DNA of 64,000 bases from a virus. Both the position numbers and the translations under genes were made by a program. The stretch spans positions 1 through 64,000 of IMG/VR virus record IMGVR_UViG_3300046692_000383; one strand, written 5' to 3'. The notes beneath the pieces are model-generated. The model had not been told where the DNA came from. It saw only the letters and a program-made list of their open reading frames with translations, and did not search any database. This document shows, in pieces, positions 62,457 through 64,000 of the stretch; position 1 is the first letter of the stretch; every line of letters starts with the position of its first letter.

Positions 62457-62831
62457 ATGAACATTCTAGACCACATTTGCCACAAGCTTCAGCTTCATAT
62501 TAACGGTGTACAGACTGTCTCGCCAACTGAGCTATTGGCTGAGATTACAGAGTGGAAGCAAAAGCTCGTTGAGCAGGCTCTGATTGCGCAGAACATGATT
62601 CAGCCACCGAAGCCTTCCACTGACATTTTTGAGCTACACAAGTGGTTGCTTGAGCCGGGCCGCAGAGATACGTGGATGACTTTCACCTCAAGCGACGCAG
62701 CACGAGGTTTTCCGTCTGATCTTCGCGGTAAGGCAAACAAAGGCATCCGCGAACAGATGCTGGAAATGCTTGTTGTATCCGGAAAGCTTAAAATCATCGG
62801 CCCACGACATTATGGCGTGTTGCCAGCATGA
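62457..62831 (+). CDS. hypothetical protein
   Basis: ORF-track ORF 62397-62831 trimmed to ATG 62457 (MNILDHI), which is preceded by AAGGAAAC. Confidence 0.45.
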   Translation: MNILDHICHKLQLHINGVQTVSPTELLAEITEWKQKLVEQALIAQNMIQPPKPSTDIFELHKWLLEPGRRDTWMTFTSSDAARGFPSDLRGKANKGIREQMLEMLVVSGKLKIIGPRHYGVLPA

Positions 62832-63295
62832 GTGAACTTGCCGCTGGCCTCGATCCTTCTGCCTACTTAGCATTCTCCGCGCGGTTGGCTTCCGGTGTGG
62901 GTGACCCTCGACAACTGAAAGCGCAAGCCGACAGTCTGTTGGGAGCGTGCCAAGCTGGTGACTTGACTTTGTTGGTTCGCCACTCTGCGTCGTTAGCAGC
63001 TTCTGCTCAAATGGCTGCGCACAAGGCATTGCAAAATGCGCTACAATGCGACGATGATCCTGCACAGTTCCGTCGGTGGATGAAAGCCTCGGAAGATGCC
63101 CAAGTATTAGCATCGAAAGCTGGAAAAGAGTTGGCAGCTTTGACAGACCGTCAACGTTTGTTGGAACCGTACCGCACCCAGGTTTCTGGCGCCTTGGCTG
63201 AGTACGCGATCAGTCAAGCCAAAGCAATTCTGATAGCTGGTGATCCCATCGCTGCATGGACACCGACATTGATCGAGTCGGATATCGAGCCGTAA
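62828..63295 (+). CDS. hypothetical protein
   Basis: 155-aa Ala-rich ORF with ATGA overlap. Confidence 0.45.
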   Translation: MSELAAGLDPSAYLAFSARLASGVGDPRQLKAQADSLLGACQAGDLTLLVRHSASLAASAQMAAHKALQNALQCDDDPAQFRRWMKASEDAQVLASKAGKELAALTDRQRLLEPYRTQVSGALAEYAISQAKAILIAGDPIAAWTPTLIESDIEP

Positions 63296-63454
63296 TGTTT
63301 TGTTACAAATTGGTTATATACATTTCAAGTCGGTTATGGCATACTAGCCCTTCCACGGTTCTGCCTCTGTCCTTAGGCAGCGGGATCGGGGTTGGCGGAC
63401 CGCCGATCCACCGTGGCCCAAATTCGTTATCGAGCCGCCCCTCGAATTGACAGG

Positions 63455-64000
63455 ACATCTCCTTTGAGTAAGATTGACTCTAAACTTGTTGCCCTTAATA
63501 ATTGGGGCGTTGTACGTTCTACTGAAGGCAATCCCAAGGTTCCAGTCCAGTCAAACCGTTTCGCCTATAAGCTGAATCAGTTGACAGCTGACTTACGCAT
63601 GTTCAGCATCAATGACGCTTGGGCTTGGATGCAACATTCCCAAGCGCAGATTGATATCGGCACCAGTTACAACATCGCTTTCGGCATGGTCAAAGAAGAT
63701 CGCCTGCTCTGTATTGATGTCGACGTATATGCACTCGACGGAAAGACGCGCATTGACCACCAAGAACTTTTAAAGAAAATGGCCATTGAATGCGGCACTT
63801 ACTGGGAACTTAGTGTTTCCGGCAAAGGCTTGCATATGTGGTATGAAGTCCCGGCTGGCTTCGAGTTAGCAAACGGTCTTAGCGCCGCCAAGTTCCAGCA
63901 TATGAGTGACTGGAACGGAATCAACTGCATCATCAAATTCGACTTCCTGTACCATAGTCACTATGTAGTCATTCCACACGACTCGCCACGCGGCGGCTCA
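63455..64000 (+). CDS. DNA primase, archaeo-eukaryotic primase (prim-pol) N-terminal domain; 5' partial, continues beyond the window
   Basis: Open frame to the window end containing LLCIDVDVYALDG (DxD) and ELSVSGKGLHMWYEVP (SxSGxGxHxWY), which are prim-pol signatures. Probable TTG start at 63455 after AGGA. Not in the ORF track because there is no stop. Confidence 0.5.

Noticed and set aside
1-64000. CRISPR array
   Set aside because: The repeated hairpins (TTAATT-loop and GGACC…GGTCC) are dispersed at gene ends 0.3-30 kb apart, not in a regularly spaced direct-repeat array.

Overview
The window reads as a contiguous ~64 kb stretch of a tailed dsDNA phage genome, myovirus-like with a contractile tail, at roughly 50% GC. 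All calls rest on reading the supplied ORF translations and the DNA by eye. No searches were run, so family assignments are motif-level and coordinates of small elements may be off by 1-3 nt.

Four blocks are visible.

(1) 1-19.05 kb, + strand: a replication, recombination and nucleotide-metabolism module. It contains:
- a UvrD-like SF1 helicase, a Sak4-like ATPase, a DUF669-like SSB, a Cas4-like nuclease and a DEAH helicase;
- dCMP deaminase, a TraR-like zinc finger, two MazG-like NTP pyrophosphohydrolase candidates and a ThyA-family enzyme;
- a small membrane protein plus an SPFH protein, a clamp-like protein, a family-A DNA polymerase, an ATP-dependent ligase and a VRR-NUC nuclease;
- a zinc-ribbon/TM2 membrane protein, a secreted protein and an HTH protein.

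(2) 19.2-45.5 kb, - strand: the late module. In transcription order it runs:
- small and large terminase, portal, Mu-F-like head protein, holin candidates and a GH24 endolysin;
- a scaffold/protease-like protein with acidic tandem repeats, a decoration-like protein and the major capsid protein followed by a strong terminator;
- connector and HK97-gp10-like proteins, sheath, tube and terminator;
- an unusual tail block (central spike, two TAC-like paralogs, a gp25-like protein, a second tube paralog, chaperone, tape measure, baseplate J, tail fibre, Tfa), ending with nested Rz/Rz1 spanins.
One + strand moron gene with its own promoter and terminator sits between TerL and the head genes.

(3) 45.5-58.7 kb, - strand: about 30 small early/accessory genes. 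They include a GHKL-fold ATPase, a ferritin-like diiron candidate, a tandem pair of small paralogs, a free PL7-like polysaccharide lyase and an RtcB RNA ligase.

(4) 58.8-64 kb, mostly + strand: a cassette of small genes, each with its own promoter and hairpin terminator. It is followed by a ~650 bp non-coding region with AATAGC(C) iterons around an AT-rich core, which I read as a putative replication origin, and then the start of an AEP prim-pol primase.

Recurring non-coding signals are:
- a promoter family TGTACA-N17-(C/T)ATAAT, followed by a conserved CA-rich leader;
- a second promoter class with a conserved CACTGTGGG spacer and covarying self-complementary flanks;
- two families of terminator hairpins, GCCCC-TTAATT-GGGGC and GGACC-CGAA-GGTCC.

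No CRISPR array, rRNA or confidently identifiable tRNA was seen.
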